DNA of 64,000 nucleotides from an uncultured Gemmatimonadales bacterium (GTDB taxonomy: Bacteria; Gemmatimonadota; Gemmatimonadetes; Gemmatimonadales; GWC2-71-9), in the NCBI GenBank assembly GCA_963821525.1, contig CAWGED010000004.1, positions 1 to 64,000 of the forward strand. The letters are read 5' to 3'. The notes beneath the pieces are model-generated. The model was not told the origin of the DNA and made no database searches. It saw only the letters and a program-made list of their open reading frames with translations. Positions 52,213-62,738 of this stretch are shown here, one piece after another. Within the stretch, counting starts at the first letter, position 1; each line of letters begins with the position of its first letter. A program made the position numbers and the translations under genes.

Positions 52213-53703
52213 ATGATCTCGAAAGAGTTACCGGACACTCGCGTCAGCGGCCAGCCCGTTCCCTACCCGCCGGCCTTTGAGTACGTGGAGCCCGACTGGA
52301 GACGTCTGCCCGGCTACCGGGACGTGACGCCGGAGGAGTGGGAAAGCGCGGTCTGGCAGCGCAAGCACACCGTCAAGAACCTGAAAGAGTTCAAGGCCGC
52401 GTTGGGCGATCACCTGCCCGAGAGCCTGGCTGCGAGCATCCAGCGCGATCACGATGAGCGGGCCACCATGTCCATGCTCATTCCGCCCCAGATGCTCAAT
52501 ACGATGAACGTCGATCAGCTCTGGGAAGATCCGGTGCGGCGCTACATGGCGCCCGCCTTCGATGACCGGCGGACCGACTGGGCCAACCATCCCAAGGCCT
52601 CACGCGACAGCCTGCATGAAGCCGAGATGTGGCAGGTCGAGGGGCTGACCCATCGGTACCCGACCAAGGTTCTCGCCGAGCTGTTGTCCACCTGTCCCCA
52701 GTACTGCGGGCACTGCACCCGCATGGACCTGGTGGGCAACGACGTGCCCCAGGTCGAGAAGCTCAAGTTCAACACGCCGCAGAAGGACCGGCACCAGCAG
52801 ATTCTCGAGTATCTGAGGAAGACTCCGACGGTGCGGGACGTGGTGGTGTCGGGCGGCGACATCGCCAACCTGCCGATCACCGTGCTCGAGCCCTTCGTGA
52901 GCGCGTTGCTCGATATCGAGAACATCCGGGACATCCGCCTGGCCAGCAAAGGCCTGATGGCCATCCCGCAGCACTTCCTGCAGGACTCGGTGCTGCAGGG
53001 ACTGGAGCGGCTGGCGAAGAAGGCGTTCGAGCGGGGCGTGGACCTGGCGCTGCACACCCACGTGAATCACGCCCAGCAGGTGACGCCGCTGGTGGGCAAG
53101 GCGGCCCGCAAGCTGCTCGAGGCGGGCTTCCGCGACGTGCGCAACCAGGGCGTGCTGCTCCGCGGGGTGAACACCACCCCCAAGGACCTGCTCGAGCTGT
53201 GCTTCATGCTGCTCGATCACGCCAAGATCATGCCCTACTACTTCTACATGTGCGACATGATCCCCAACTCCGAGCACTGGCGGCTGGGGGTCTTCGAGGC
53301 GCAGCAGCTGCAGCACGACATCATGGGCTACCTCCCCGGCTTCGCGACACCGCGCATCGTGTGCGACGTGCCCTACGTCGGGAAGCGCTGGGTGCACCAG
53401 CTCGCCGCCTACGACCGCGAGAAGGGCATCTCCTACTGGACCAAGAACTACCGGACCAGCATCGAGATGGACGTGCCCGATGTCATGACCCGGCAGTACG
53501 AGTACTTCGATCCGATCTATCTGCTGCCCGAGTCGGGCCAGGAATGGTGGCGGGAGCAGATGCTCGCGAGAGAGAGTTCCGGCCCACGTGTAGCAGAGGT
53601 GTCAGGGATAGGAGTCGGGAGTCAGGGAGACAGGCCCTACTCCCCAACCCCTGACTCCCTGATTCCCCATGAAGACATGACAAACACGAAACCTCGTCAC
53701 TGA
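52213..53703 (+). CDS. kamA: KamA-family radical SAM 2,3-aminomutase (true stop may lie near 53600)
   Basis: EGLTHRYPTK, CPQYCGHCTR, VVSGGD, NQGVLLRGVN, PYYFYMCD, DVPYVGK. Confidence 0.9.
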   Translation: MISKELPDTRVSGQPVPYPPAFEYVEPDWRRLPGYRDVTPEEWESAVWQRKHTVKNLKEFKAALGDHLPESLAASIQRDHDERATMSMLIPPQMLNTMNVDQLWEDPVRRYMAPAFDDRRTDWANHPKASRDSLHEAEMWQVEGLTHRYPTKVLAELLSTCPQYCGHCTRMDLVGNDVPQVEKLKFNTPQKDRHQQILEYLRKTPTVRDVVVSGGDIANLPITVLEPFVSALLDIENIRDIRLASKGLMAIPQHFLQDSVLQGLERLAKKAFERGVDLALHTHVNHAQQVTPLVGKAARKLLEAGFRDVRNQGVLLRGVNTTPKDLLELCFMLLDHAKIMPYYFYMCDMIPNSEHWRLGVFEAQQLQHDIMGYLPGFATPRIVCDVPYVGKRWVHQLAAYDREKGISYWTKNYRTSIEMDVPDVMTRQYEYFDPIYLLPESGQEWWREQMLARESSGPRVAEVSGIGVGSQGDRPYSPTPDSLIPHEDMTNTKPRH

Positions 53704-53712
53704 GCACCGCCA

Positions 53713-55031
53713 ATGACCCCACCCGCGACTACCCCCGCATCCTCGTCTCTCCGCCCGGTCCCAAGGGAAAGGCCGTCGTCGCCAAGGACGAGCAGTGGAC
53801 CTCCACCTCCTACATCAAGGAGTATCCCCTCGTCATCGCCGGCGGTAAGGGCGCCATGCTCGAGGACATAGACGGCAACCGCTACATCGATTTCATGGCC
53901 GGCATCGCCGTGTCGTCGACTGGGTACAACCATCCCAAGGTGGTCCAGGCCATCAAGGACGCCGCCGACCGGTTCCTGCATATCTGCGGGACGGATTTCT
54001 ACTTCGAGGGCTTCTCCAATCTCGCGGAGCGGCTGGCGAAGGTGGCACCCGGCAAGAGCAAGAAGCGGGTCTTCCTCTCCAATTCGGGCACCGAGGCGGT
54101 CGAAGGAGCGATCAAGCTCGCCCGGAATCACACTCGGCGTTCCGGTCTCATCGCCTTTCACCAGTCGTTCCACGGCCGCAGCTACGGAGCGATGAGCCTT
54201 ACCTCGAGCAAGGTGAAGCAACACGCCCATTTCGGACCGATGCTTCCCGAGGTCTATCACGTTCCCTTCGCCAATCCCTACCGGGCGGGCAGCGCCCAGG
54301 CGGCGATGGACCTGTCGCTCGGCGCGATTGAAGACCTGTTCACTCGGCAAATTCATCCCGAAGACGTCGCGGCGATCTTCGTCGAGCCGGTGCAGGGCGA
54401 AGGCGGCTACGTGATTCCCCCCGACGGCTATCTCACAGCACTCCGGGAGCTGTGCGACAAGCACGGCATCATGCTGGTCTTCGACGAGGTCCAGAGCGGT
54501 GTCGGCCGCACCGGCAAGATGTGGGCTTGCGACTGGGAAGGCGTCGAGCCCGACATCCTGGTCACGGCCAAGGGCCTGGCGTCCGGCATGCCGATCGGTG
54601 CCATGATCGCGAAGGAGTCGGTGATGACCTGGGAATCCGGCGCCCACGGTTCCACCTTCGGCGGCAATCCGGTCTGCTGTGCCGCCGCACTCGCGACACT
54701 CGACGTCGTGGAGCAGTCTTTGCCTCACGTACAGCAGATGGGTGAGCGGATGCTTTCGGGAGTGCGCCAGCTGCAGGAGAAATTTGCCTGCATCGGCGAT
54801 GTGCGGGGTCGCGGCCTCATGGTGGGTGTCGAGTTCGTGAAGGATCGCGCCTCCCGCGAGCCCTATCCCGAGCTCATCGATCGCATCACCGAGCGGGCCT
54901 TCCGCAAGGGATTGCTGCTGCTGGGCTGCGGAAAGAGCACGTTCCGCCTCGCACCACCCCTCGTGCTCGATGAGTACGATGTGGACACCGGGCTCGGTAT
55001 TCTGGAGGAGTGCCTGCGCGAAGAAGACTAA
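53713..55031 (+). CDS. Class III PLP aminotransferase (GabT/ArgD-like)
   Basis: DIDGNRYIDF, NSGTEAVE, FHGR, EPVQGEGG, DEVQSG.GRTG, TAKG, STFGGNP. Confidence 0.92.
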
Positions 55032-55051
55032 GCCGACGTAGATTCACGCCC

Positions 55052-57580
55052 ATGAGCCTCAGGTCTCCTTCCTGGCTCGTGGGCGTTTTTCTTTGGCTCA
55101 CAGTCGCACCACTCGCAGCTCAAACCGCTTCAGACACCACCGCAGGGGACACGACTGTGGTGGCTGGGGCCGGCTATGGACTCTACGGTCCATTGGGCTG
55201 GTTGCAGCGGTGGATTTTCGGATCCCGCCATCGGGAAATCTGGGCCGCTCCAGTTGAGGTCGAGCGGTTCGACCTCAACTCCGAAGCAGGTGGCCTCACT
55301 CCCATCGGTTCCGACAGCGGGGTCCGGTCCGGGGAGCTCTACCTCCGGGGCGCTGACGGGTCGCTCTACACCTTCAATCAGATTGCCGCCGATCTGAGCC
55401 ATTTTCTCCCCGTCGGCTTACACAACGACTTCGGTGCCGGGTTGGCTCAGGACCTGCAAAGCGGGCGGCATCCCGGGGCGCCCTTCGTGGTCCCGCCCCT
55501 CGCCGCTGCCACCGGGCTGGGTCCTCTGCCTACCGCGCGGCTTGGTGTGCTGCCGCAGGACTCCGGCCTCGATCGCTTCGGCACCCGGTTCAGTGGCACC
55601 GTGGGATTCCTGACTCCAGGCATCATCAGCCGCTTCCGTACCACGGCCGGTGTGGCCGACTCCGCCATCCCCTCGAGCGAGCTGATAGAGCTGCTCCAGT
55701 CGGAAAACCCGCCATCGGTAGACCACCAGGCGTACCTGCGAGAGCGGTTGTTCGACGTGTTCCTCGGCAATTGGGATCCGGTCCCGCAAGATTGGCTCTG
55801 GCTCCGCGACTCCTCAGGAGTCTGGAAACCCCGTCCACGGCCCCGGGATCTCGCCTTCATCCGCCTCGACGGGCTGGTCGCGGGGCTCGCGGGACAGCAA
55901 GTGCCGAACTTCGCCACTTTCAGCAAGGACTACGACACCCGCCTTGCGGTCACGACCCGGGAGCGGACTCTCGATCGCCGGATTCTCCCAACCCTGGATC
56001 GCGCCGCCTACGTCGCGACTGCCACTGCGCTGCAGGGCGAGCTGACCGATTCGGTGATCGAGGACGCGGTGAGCCGGATGCCCCGCTCATACTATGAGAA
56101 GGTGGGTGAAAAGCTGGTTCACGAACTGAAAACCAGGCGTGATCACTTGCCGGAGGCGGCGGAGCGATACTATCGCATCGTGATGAGCCAGGCCGACGTG
56201 TATGGCTCCGTTGGTGACGACACGGTAACGGCGAGCAGAGACGCCGACGGCACACTGGAGGTGGATGCGGGACCGAGATTCCGGGCGCGCTTCGACCCCA
56301 AACAAACCGATGAGGTGCGGCTCTACCTGTCCGAGGGCGAGGATCGCGTGCTTGTCCGCGGTGCTGGAGACAAAGGACCGACACTCGTGATCGGCGGGGG
56401 ACCGGGCGATGTCGTGGTCGACTCAACCGGGAGCGGTCGGCTGACGGTACACGACGCAGAAGACGTGAGCATCGAAACGCCGGGGAAGGTCAAGCGGGAG
56501 AAGGATCCACTTCTTCCGCCGACCTTTACCGACACGGCAAGTCAGGATCCACCCCCGCTCAAGCGCAACAAGGTCTCCTTCGTACCCTGGGTCGACCTGA
56601 ACTCCGATCTCGGCCTCTTCATCGGCGGCGGGCCGGTGCTGACCTCGTACGACTATGGCTACGACCCCTACAAGTCGAAGATCCGGGTCCGCGCCGCCTA
56701 CGCGACCGCTCCGCAGGACTTCGACGTGGACTTCCGGGGGGAGTTTCGGCGCAAAGGCAAAGGCTCGTACTTCCTGGTCGAAGCGGAGGCCTCGGCGGTC
56801 GAAGTGCTGAAGTTCTACGGTTACGGTAACGAGACCACGAGAATCAGCGATGATGACTTCTACAATACGGGGCAGGTGCTTTTCTCGGTGTACCCGTCGA
56901 TCGTGTTCCCCATCGCGCCGAGGAGCAACGTGAGGCTGGGGCCAGCCCTCAAATACGTCTCCACCGATCTCAGCGCCAATACTTTCATCGCGCAGGATCA
57001 CCCTTACGGCACCGATGGGTTCGGCCAGGTGGGCCTTCAGGGCTCCGTCATACACGACACTCGCGACTCGCCGAGGTTTGCGACGCGCGGCGTACTGCTC
57101 ACAGCGGGGAGCAGTTTCTATCCCGGGATATGGAGTGCCGAAGAAGCGTTCGGCGAGGTGGATGGATCGGCGGCGACTTATATCACCCCGACCCCGGATT
57201 TCACCGTCGGCCTCCGCCAGTCAGGCAAGTATGTCTGGGGGAAATACCCGGTGCACGAGGCCGCGTTCCTGGGTGGCTCCAAGACTGTTCGGGGCTACTC
57301 GAAGCAGCGCTACGCCGGCGACGCCGCCATTTATACCAACCTCGACGCCAAGCTCCGCGTCGGCACCATCCCGTTCGTCATGGTGTGGGACATGGGTCTT
57401 CAGGGCATCGCGGACGTGGGGCGGGTGTTCCTTTCGGGAGAAACTTCCGACGTCTGGCATTACGGCATCGGTGGAGGCATGTGGGCCGCGCTGCCGGACA
57501 AGAGCTTCATGGGACTCTTCACAGTCACCTGGAGCGATGAACGGACGACATTCTGGGGTGGGATTGCGTTCATTTTCTAG
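55052..57580 (+). CDS. Omp85/BamA-TamA-like outer-membrane protein with large N-terminal domain
   Basis: Signal peptide, FYGYGNET, HDTRDS, FLGGSKTVRGY...RYAG, terminal F. Confidence 0.8.
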   Translation: MSLRSPSWLVGVFLWLTVAPLAAQTASDTTAGDTTVVAGAGYGLYGPLGWLQRWIFGSRHREIWAAPVEVERFDLNSEAGGLTPIGSDSGVRSGELYLRGADGSLYTFNQIAADLSHFLPVGLHNDFGAGLAQDLQSGRHPGAPFVVPPLAAATGLGPLPTARLGVLPQDSGLDRFGTRFSGTVGFLTPGIISRFRTTAGVADSAIPSSELIELLQSENPPSVDHQAYLRERLFDVFLGNWDPVPQDWLWLRDSSGVWKPRPRPRDLAFIRLDGLVAGLAGQQVPNFATFSKDYDTRLAVTTRERTLDRRILPTLDRAAYVATATALQGELTDSVIEDAVSRMPRSYYEKVGEKLVHELKTRRDHLPEAAERYYRIVMSQADVYGSVGDDTVTASRDADGTLEVDAGPRFRARFDPKQTDEVRLYLSEGEDRVLVRGAGDKGPTLVIGGGPGDVVVDSTGSGRLTVHDAEDVSIETPGKVKREKDPLLPPTFTDTASQDPPPLKRNKVSFVPWVDLNSDLGLFIGGGPVLTSYDYGYDPYKSKIRVRAAYATAPQDFDVDFRGEFRRKGKGSYFLVEAEASAVEVLKFYGYGNETTRISDDDFYNTGQVLFSVYPSIVFPIAPRSNVRLGPALKYVSTDLSANTFIAQDHPYGTDGFGQVGLQGSVIHDTRDSPRFATRGVLLTAGSSFYPGIWSAEEAFGEVDGSAATYITPTPDFTVGLRQSGKYVWGKYPVHEAAFLGGSKTVRGYSKQRYAGDAAIYTNLDAKLRVGTIPFVMVWDMGLQGIADVGRVFLSGETSDVWHYGIGGGMWAALPDKSFMGLFTVTWSDERTTFWGGIAFIF

Positions 57581-57581
57581 A

Positions 57582-57710
57582 GGTTCGACGGTTGGACGGT
57601 TGGACGGTTCGTGGATTCGATAGACAAGAACGCCTTTGGATCGCACGGGGCCACCCGTCACAGGCGAACCGCCAAACCGTCGAACCGTCGAACCGCCGAA
57701 CCGCCTAACC
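57582..57710. repeat. Inverted heptamer arrays between convergent genes
   Basis: GACGGTT-type units facing AACCGTC/AACCGCC-type units. Confidence 0.8.
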
Positions 57711-58862
57711 TTACAAATACCCCAACCACCCCGCCCTCGATCTCGCCTTGAGCCCCGCAAACCACCGACACGGCAAATACAGAATGCCCACGGCGATCGC
57801 GAACACCAGATAGAGCAGGCCCAGATTCCACATGTACCCGTCGGGCAGATCTCCGGGGCGCATTGGATGATTGGTGAAGAGCCAGGGGTTCACCTGGCCT
57901 TCGCGGATCAGGGACACCCCGCAGGCCAGTGCGTGGATGAGGGGGATGTGTAGCAGGTAGTAGAACAGAGGCACTCTTCCGAAGACCGCAAGAAAGTCGG
58001 CGACCCGGCCCCGGGCATGCTCGAGCAGCGGAATCGCAGCGATCGTGGGGCCTAGGGTCATGAGCAGAAACTGGAGCGACGCCGGATACTTGGTCGTGTT
58101 CAGGAAGGAGAGCGGTGCCGGCATCCTGGAGCCTTCCCAGTGCCGAGGATCTCCGTAGAGATTGAATCCCCGCAGGATCAGGAACGCCGCGATTGCACCC
58201 AGGCCGATTGCGTAACAAGTCCGGCGACGCCGCTCGGGCTCCCACCCCAGCACTGCTCCGAAGGCATAACCCAGTGCCATCACCGCGACCCACGGGATCA
58301 GGACATAGAGAATGACGAGGGGCGGCCCGCCCGCGCCCAGCTGGACCTCGCCACCCAGGTAGAGCACCCGCCAGAGCCAGAACGGAGCCGGCCCTTCCGG
58401 GTTCAGGTTTGCGACCACCGGATCGAGCAGGTTGTGTCCCGCCACGACCAGCGCTCCCAGCGCCGCGATCGCAGGTAGCGGCAGCCACACGAGCCCGGCA
58501 AGCACGATCATGGACCAGCCGATGGCCCAGATCACTCCCGCCAGCAGGTAGTGAGCGAAATCGAAATTGAAGGTCCAGCTGATTCGGATGATGGTCAGCT
58601 CGAGCAGGATGAGCCACGCGCCGCGGATCAGGAGGAAGCGGGAGAGTGCGGGACGGTTGCCGAGCTTTTTCCCCAGTAGAAATGCGCTGGTCCCGGCCAG
58701 GAAGACGAAGGCCGGAGCGCAAAAGTGGGTGACCCATCGGGTAAAGAAGATTCCCGGTGTGGGGCCTCCGGGCGGGAGCCCGGAGTAGACCCGCACGTGG
58801 TCGATCGCCATCAGTACCATCACGAGGCCGCGGATGATGTCAACCGCGACGATGCGCCTCAT
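57711..58862 (-). CDS. DUF1624/HGSNAT-like membrane acyltransferase
   Basis: VDIIRGLVMVLMAIDH, FFTRWVTHFCAP.FVFLAG, KYPASL. Confidence 0.88.
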   Translation of the reverse strand: MRRIVAVDIIRGLVMVLMAIDHVRVYSGLPPGGPTPGIFFTRWVTHFCAPAFVFLAGTSAFLLGKKLGNRPALSRFLLIRGAWLILLELTIIRISWTFNFDFAHYLLAGVIWAIGWSMIVLAGLVWLPLPAIAALGALVVAGHNLLDPVVANLNPEGPAPFWLWRVLYLGGEVQLGAGGPPLVILYVLIPWVAVMALGYAFGAVLGWEPERRRRTCYAIGLGAIAAFLILRGFNLYGDPRHWEGSRMPAPLSFLNTTKYPASLQFLLMTLGPTIAAIPLLEHARGRVADFLAVFGRVPLFYYLLHIPLIHALACGVSLIREGQVNPWLFTNHPMRPGDLPDGYMWNLGLLYLVFAIAVGILYLPCRWFAGLKARSRAGWLGYL

Positions 58863-59335
58863 TGCCCGCTGGGCCCCGCGTCCAGATGCCAGCCGGGATG
58901 GATCCACCGGCCGTTCTTCTTCACGAAGACTTCGGTCGCCCGGCCGGCGTCTTTCATGGTCTTGTCTCCCACCTGGTATTCGACGACGTAGCGCGAGTAG
59001 AGGATCGCGACATCGCCGTACAACTGGATATCGGTGTGCGGAAACTCGACCTTGATCAGCTTCCCGCCACCCTGGACGAAGCCGGCCGCGCTCTGCATGG
59101 TGCCGGGTTTGGTCTGCCAGTTGTCGTCTTCCGCACTGATGGCGATGAGCTCTGGCGCGATGATTTCATTCATGCGCTTCTGATCGTTGTTGAACCAGGC
59201 CACCCAGACGTCTTGGCGCACCTTCTCCAGCTCGGTACGTACGGAGGATGACACTTGCTCGGCCTGCGCATGAGCCGGGCTGGTATTCAGGAGCAGGGCG
59301 GTGACCAGACCCGCCAGCAGGAACCGCGGTCGCAT
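58859..59335 (-). CDS. DUF4440/NTF2-like secreted protein
   Basis: Signal peptide, YGDVAILY, RATEVFVKKNGRW. Confidence 0.8.
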   Translation of the reverse strand: MRPRFLLAGLVTALLLNTSPAHAQAEQVSSSVRTELEKVRQDVWVAWFNNDQKRMNEIIAPELIAISAEDDNWQTKPGTMQSAAGFVQGGGKLIKVEFPHTDIQLYGDVAILYSRYVVEYQVGDKTMKDAGRATEVFVKKNGRWIHPGWHLDAGPSGQ

Positions 59336-59342
59336 TGGAACC

Positions 59343-60923
59343 CTACCCTTCAATCACCGTCCGGCTCTGTTCTCGGGCAAACTGCTGCACATACCAGGGC
59401 CCGCAGCCACCCTTTCCTGACGAGCCGGATCCTTTCCAGCCACAGAACGCCTGAGCGCCGGGCCAGGCTCCGGTGGTGGCACCGGTCCGCTTGTTCACGT
59501 AGCAGACTCCGGCCTCGATCTCGTCGAAGAAGCGATCGATCTCTTCCTTCTTCTGGCTGAAGAATCCCGCGGTAAGGCCATACTCTGCCTTGTTCGCCTC
59601 GGTCAGGGCCTCGTCGAGACTCCCCACTTCGCCGATGGCGAGGAACGGCACGAACAGCTCCTCGAAGAAGAGCGAGCTCTTGAGCGGCAGCGAGGCGATG
59701 GTGGGCGCCACGAAGTGGCCCTTGTCGAACACGCCGCCTTTGAGCCGCTCGCCCCCGGTGAGGATCTTCCCTTCTCCCTTGGCCTGATCCACCGCCCCCT
59801 GCCACCGGTTGACCGCCTTTGCGTTGATCACCGGGCCGAAGTACACGTCCTTCTGGGATACGTCTCCCATGACCATCGCCTTGGTACGCTCGAGCAGCTT
59901 GGCGACGAACGGCTGGGCCACTGCGCGATGCACGTAGACCCGGCTCGTGGCGCTGCATTTCTGGTTCTGGAGGCCGAACGCGGATTTCATCACGCCCTCG
60001 GCTGCGGCATCGAGATCGGCCGAATCCATCACGATTACCGCATTCTTGCCGCCGAGCTCCATCAGGCAGGGCTTGACCCACTTCTGGCTGATGCCGTGGT
60101 GGATCCGCATGCCGACTTCTTTTGAGCCGGTGAACACGACACCATCGGTCAGGGGATGCTGCCAGAGCGGATCGCCGATCTCGCGGCCGTGACCGCTGAC
60201 GAAGTTGAACGCACCGGCGGGCACCCCGGCGTCCCGATATACCTCGTACAGCTTGAGTCCGGTCCACGGGGTGTCTTCGGCCGGCTTGTACACCACCGCA
60301 TTCCCGGCCAGCAGCGCCGCCGAGGACATGCCCGTCGATAGCGCCAGCGGGAAGTTGAACGGTGCGATGCACACGAAGACGCCGTAGGGCCGGAGCATCT
60401 CGGTGTTCTTTTCGACCGGAGTCATCTTCGCCATGGGACGGGTGAAGCCGTCGGTCTCCTCGACCTGGAGTGCGTAGTACTCGATCAGGTCGGCGGACTC
60501 TTCGGCGTCTCCCATGGCCTCGAAGCGGGACTTGCCGACCTCGAGGCTCATCACCGCCGCGAGATCGAACTTCCGCTCCCTGATCAGCTCCGCCGCCTTC
60601 CGGAGGATCGCCACCCGTTCCTGCCACGGCCGCTTGGCCCACGCCTTCTGCGCGGTGTGAGCAGCCTTCACCGCCTGATCGACGTGCTCAGCCGTGGCAC
60701 ACGCGAAGCGGCCCAGCACGAGACCGGTATCGATCGGGGAGACGTCCACGATCGGTTCCTGTCCCGGCGATTCCACCGGCTTGCCGTTGATGTAGAGCGG
60801 ATAGCTCCGGCCGGCTGCGGCTCGAACCGCCGCCAACGCGTCGTCATACGCCTTGTGAAAGGCGGTGAGGTCGACGTTGGTGCTGGTGTAGGTGACTTTT
60901 TGCTGGGGTGCTGTGGCGGTCAT
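59343..60923 (-). CDS. Aldehyde dehydrogenase (P5C dehydrogenase-like)
   Basis: IAPFNFP, KPAE, FTGS, MELGGKN, QKCSA, EELF. Confidence 0.93.
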   Translation of the reverse strand: MTATAPQQKVTYTSTNVDLTAFHKAYDDALAAVRAAAGRSYPLYINGKPVESPGQEPIVDVSPIDTGLVLGRFACATAEHVDQAVKAAHTAQKAWAKRPWQERVAILRKAAELIRERKFDLAAVMSLEVGKSRFEAMGDAEESADLIEYYALQVEETDGFTRPMAKMTPVEKNTEMLRPYGVFVCIAPFNFPLALSTGMSSAALLAGNAVVYKPAEDTPWTGLKLYEVYRDAGVPAGAFNFVSGHGREIGDPLWQHPLTDGVVFTGSKEVGMRIHHGISQKWVKPCLMELGGKNAVIVMDSADLDAAAEGVMKSAFGLQNQKCSATSRVYVHRAVAQPFVAKLLERTKAMVMGDVSQKDVYFGPVINAKAVNRWQGAVDQAKGEGKILTGGERLKGGVFDKGHFVAPTIASLPLKSSLFFEELFVPFLAIGEVGSLDEALTEANKAEYGLTAGFFSQKKEEIDRFFDEIEAGVCYVNKRTGATTGAWPGAQAFCGWKGSGSSGKGGCGPWYVQQFAREQSRTVIEG

Positions 60924-61016
60924 GGTTCTCTCCTGACAGTGATGCGGAAATCCGTAAGAGGGAGTAGGGAGTAGGTGGTAGGGTATAGGGCGTGATATCG
61001 AGAGACGCCCTACTCC

Positions 61017-62406
61017 CTAAACCCTACTCCCTACTACCTGCTGCGGACTCCCCGTGACTCTCTGCAGTGCGCCAGCGAACCGTCGCACTAATTCGTCTAT
61101 CTCTTCCTCGGTTATCACAAACGGGGGCGCCAGCAGCGCGAGGTCTCCGTCGGTACCGTTGGCCTGTCCTACGTTGGGCCAAACCATCAGCCCTTCCTCC
61201 AAAGCGGCATCGGCAAATCGCTCGGCGAATTTTTGCTTCCGAGGGAAGGCGGTGCGGCTGCCCTTGTCCTCCACGAACTCGATGCCGGCGAGGAGGCCTT
61301 TGCCACGAACGTCTCCAACATGCGGCAGGTCGCGCAGTTGCTCCAGCTTTTTATGAAAGCTGCGTCCCATCTCGGCACACCGCTCGACCAGGCCATTCCT
61401 CTTGATGTAGCGCACCGCTGCGAGGCCCGTCGCGCAGAGCGTCGGGTGATGCGAGAAGGTCTGGGCATGAAGCAGACTGCCTGAGCCTTTCGCGATCGGA
61501 TCGAGCAGCCGGGTCGGAGCGAGAACCGCCGAGAGTGGCGCGTAGCCGCCGGTGATCCCCTTCCCCAGCACCTGGATGTCCGGTATCACGCCGTACGGCT
61601 CGATCGCGGACCAGGTTCCGGTGCGACCGGCGCCCGAGAGAACCTCATCGGCGATGAACAGCACCTTGTATTTGTCGCAGATCTCGCGAACCTGGCGGAA
61701 ATATCCCGGCGCAGGAACCGATGCTCCGGTCGAGCTTCCGCCCACTGGTTCGGCAATGAAGGCAGCCACGTTCTCCGGTCCGGCGCGGAGGATCGCATCT
61801 TCCAGGACCGAGCCACTGCAGATCGGACATGCGGGAACCCCGGCTTTCGCCTCAGTCCTCAGTCCTCCGCACTCGCACCTGTAGCTGTAGGGCGCCGGAA
61901 TCCGCGACGACGTCCACCAGCCATTCGCGGTAGTAAGTCTTGTAGTGCTCCCTGGCGGACGCCGACAGCGCCAGGAGCGTATTGCCATGATATGCGGGGA
62001 ACAGAGCGATGATCTTGTGCTTGGACGGCTTGCCGGTTTCCACCCAGTATTGCCGAGCCAGCTTGAGCGCGGCTTCGACGGCCTCGGACCCGCTGGAGAG
62101 GAAGTAGGCCTTCTTGAGATCTCCCGGTGCCAGGGCGGCAAGCTCAGCGGCAAGCTCTTCGACCGGCTGGCTGGTGAACGCCGTTCCGTTAAGGTAGGCG
62201 ATCTTCGAGGCCTGCTCCGCCATGGCGGCGGCGATCTCCCGGACGCCGTGGCCGATGTTGGCGACGAAGGCGCCGCCGGATCCATCGAGATAGCGCTTCC
62301 CCTCTTCATCGATCAGCCAGCAGCCCTCTCCCTTGGTGACAAGGGGAAAACGCCGGTTGAGCTTCCGGTAGAAGACGGGCGAGTCGGGATACTGGTGGAG
62401 TGACAT
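61017..62406 (-). CDS. Class III PLP aminotransferase (omega-transaminase/BioA-like), frameshift near 61905
   Basis: YLDGSGGA, SSGSEAVE, YHGNT, AEPVGG, ADEV..GAGRTG, LGKG..GGYAPL. Confidence 0.92.
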
Positions 62407-62500
62407 TGGGCGGAGAAATTTGGTTCTCTGATGGGTGATTTACTAGGGGGGCTAAAAGCCGTTGCGGCCTGCACTTAGCGAAAGGGAATATCGGGTCAGG

Positions 62501-62680
62501 AAACGCGGAGACGCAGAGGGCACAGAGGGAGCCGCCGACCCTAAGCCTGCGCTGAGCTAATGATCAATCCCTATCTCTCTTGTCCGTTGGAAAACACGAG
62601 ACACAAAGGAGACGGAAACCTGAAACGACGAGACCAACTTGGATCGGGGCCCTCTGTGCTCTCTGCGCCTCTGCGTTTGC
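62501..62680. repeat. Inverted ~9-mer repeat element
   Basis: AAACGCGGAGACGCAGAGGGCACAGAGG ... CCTCTGTGCTCTCTGCGCCTCTGCGTTT. Confidence 0.65.
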
Positions 62681-62738
62681 AGTAAAGGGACAGAAGTGCA
62701 GTAGGCAGCACCTACGAGCGACCAACAGAGCCATGCCG

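Noticed and set aside
19850..61040. Tandem repeats as CRISPR arrays
   Set aside because: Units are 7 nt with no spacers, and no cas genes are present.
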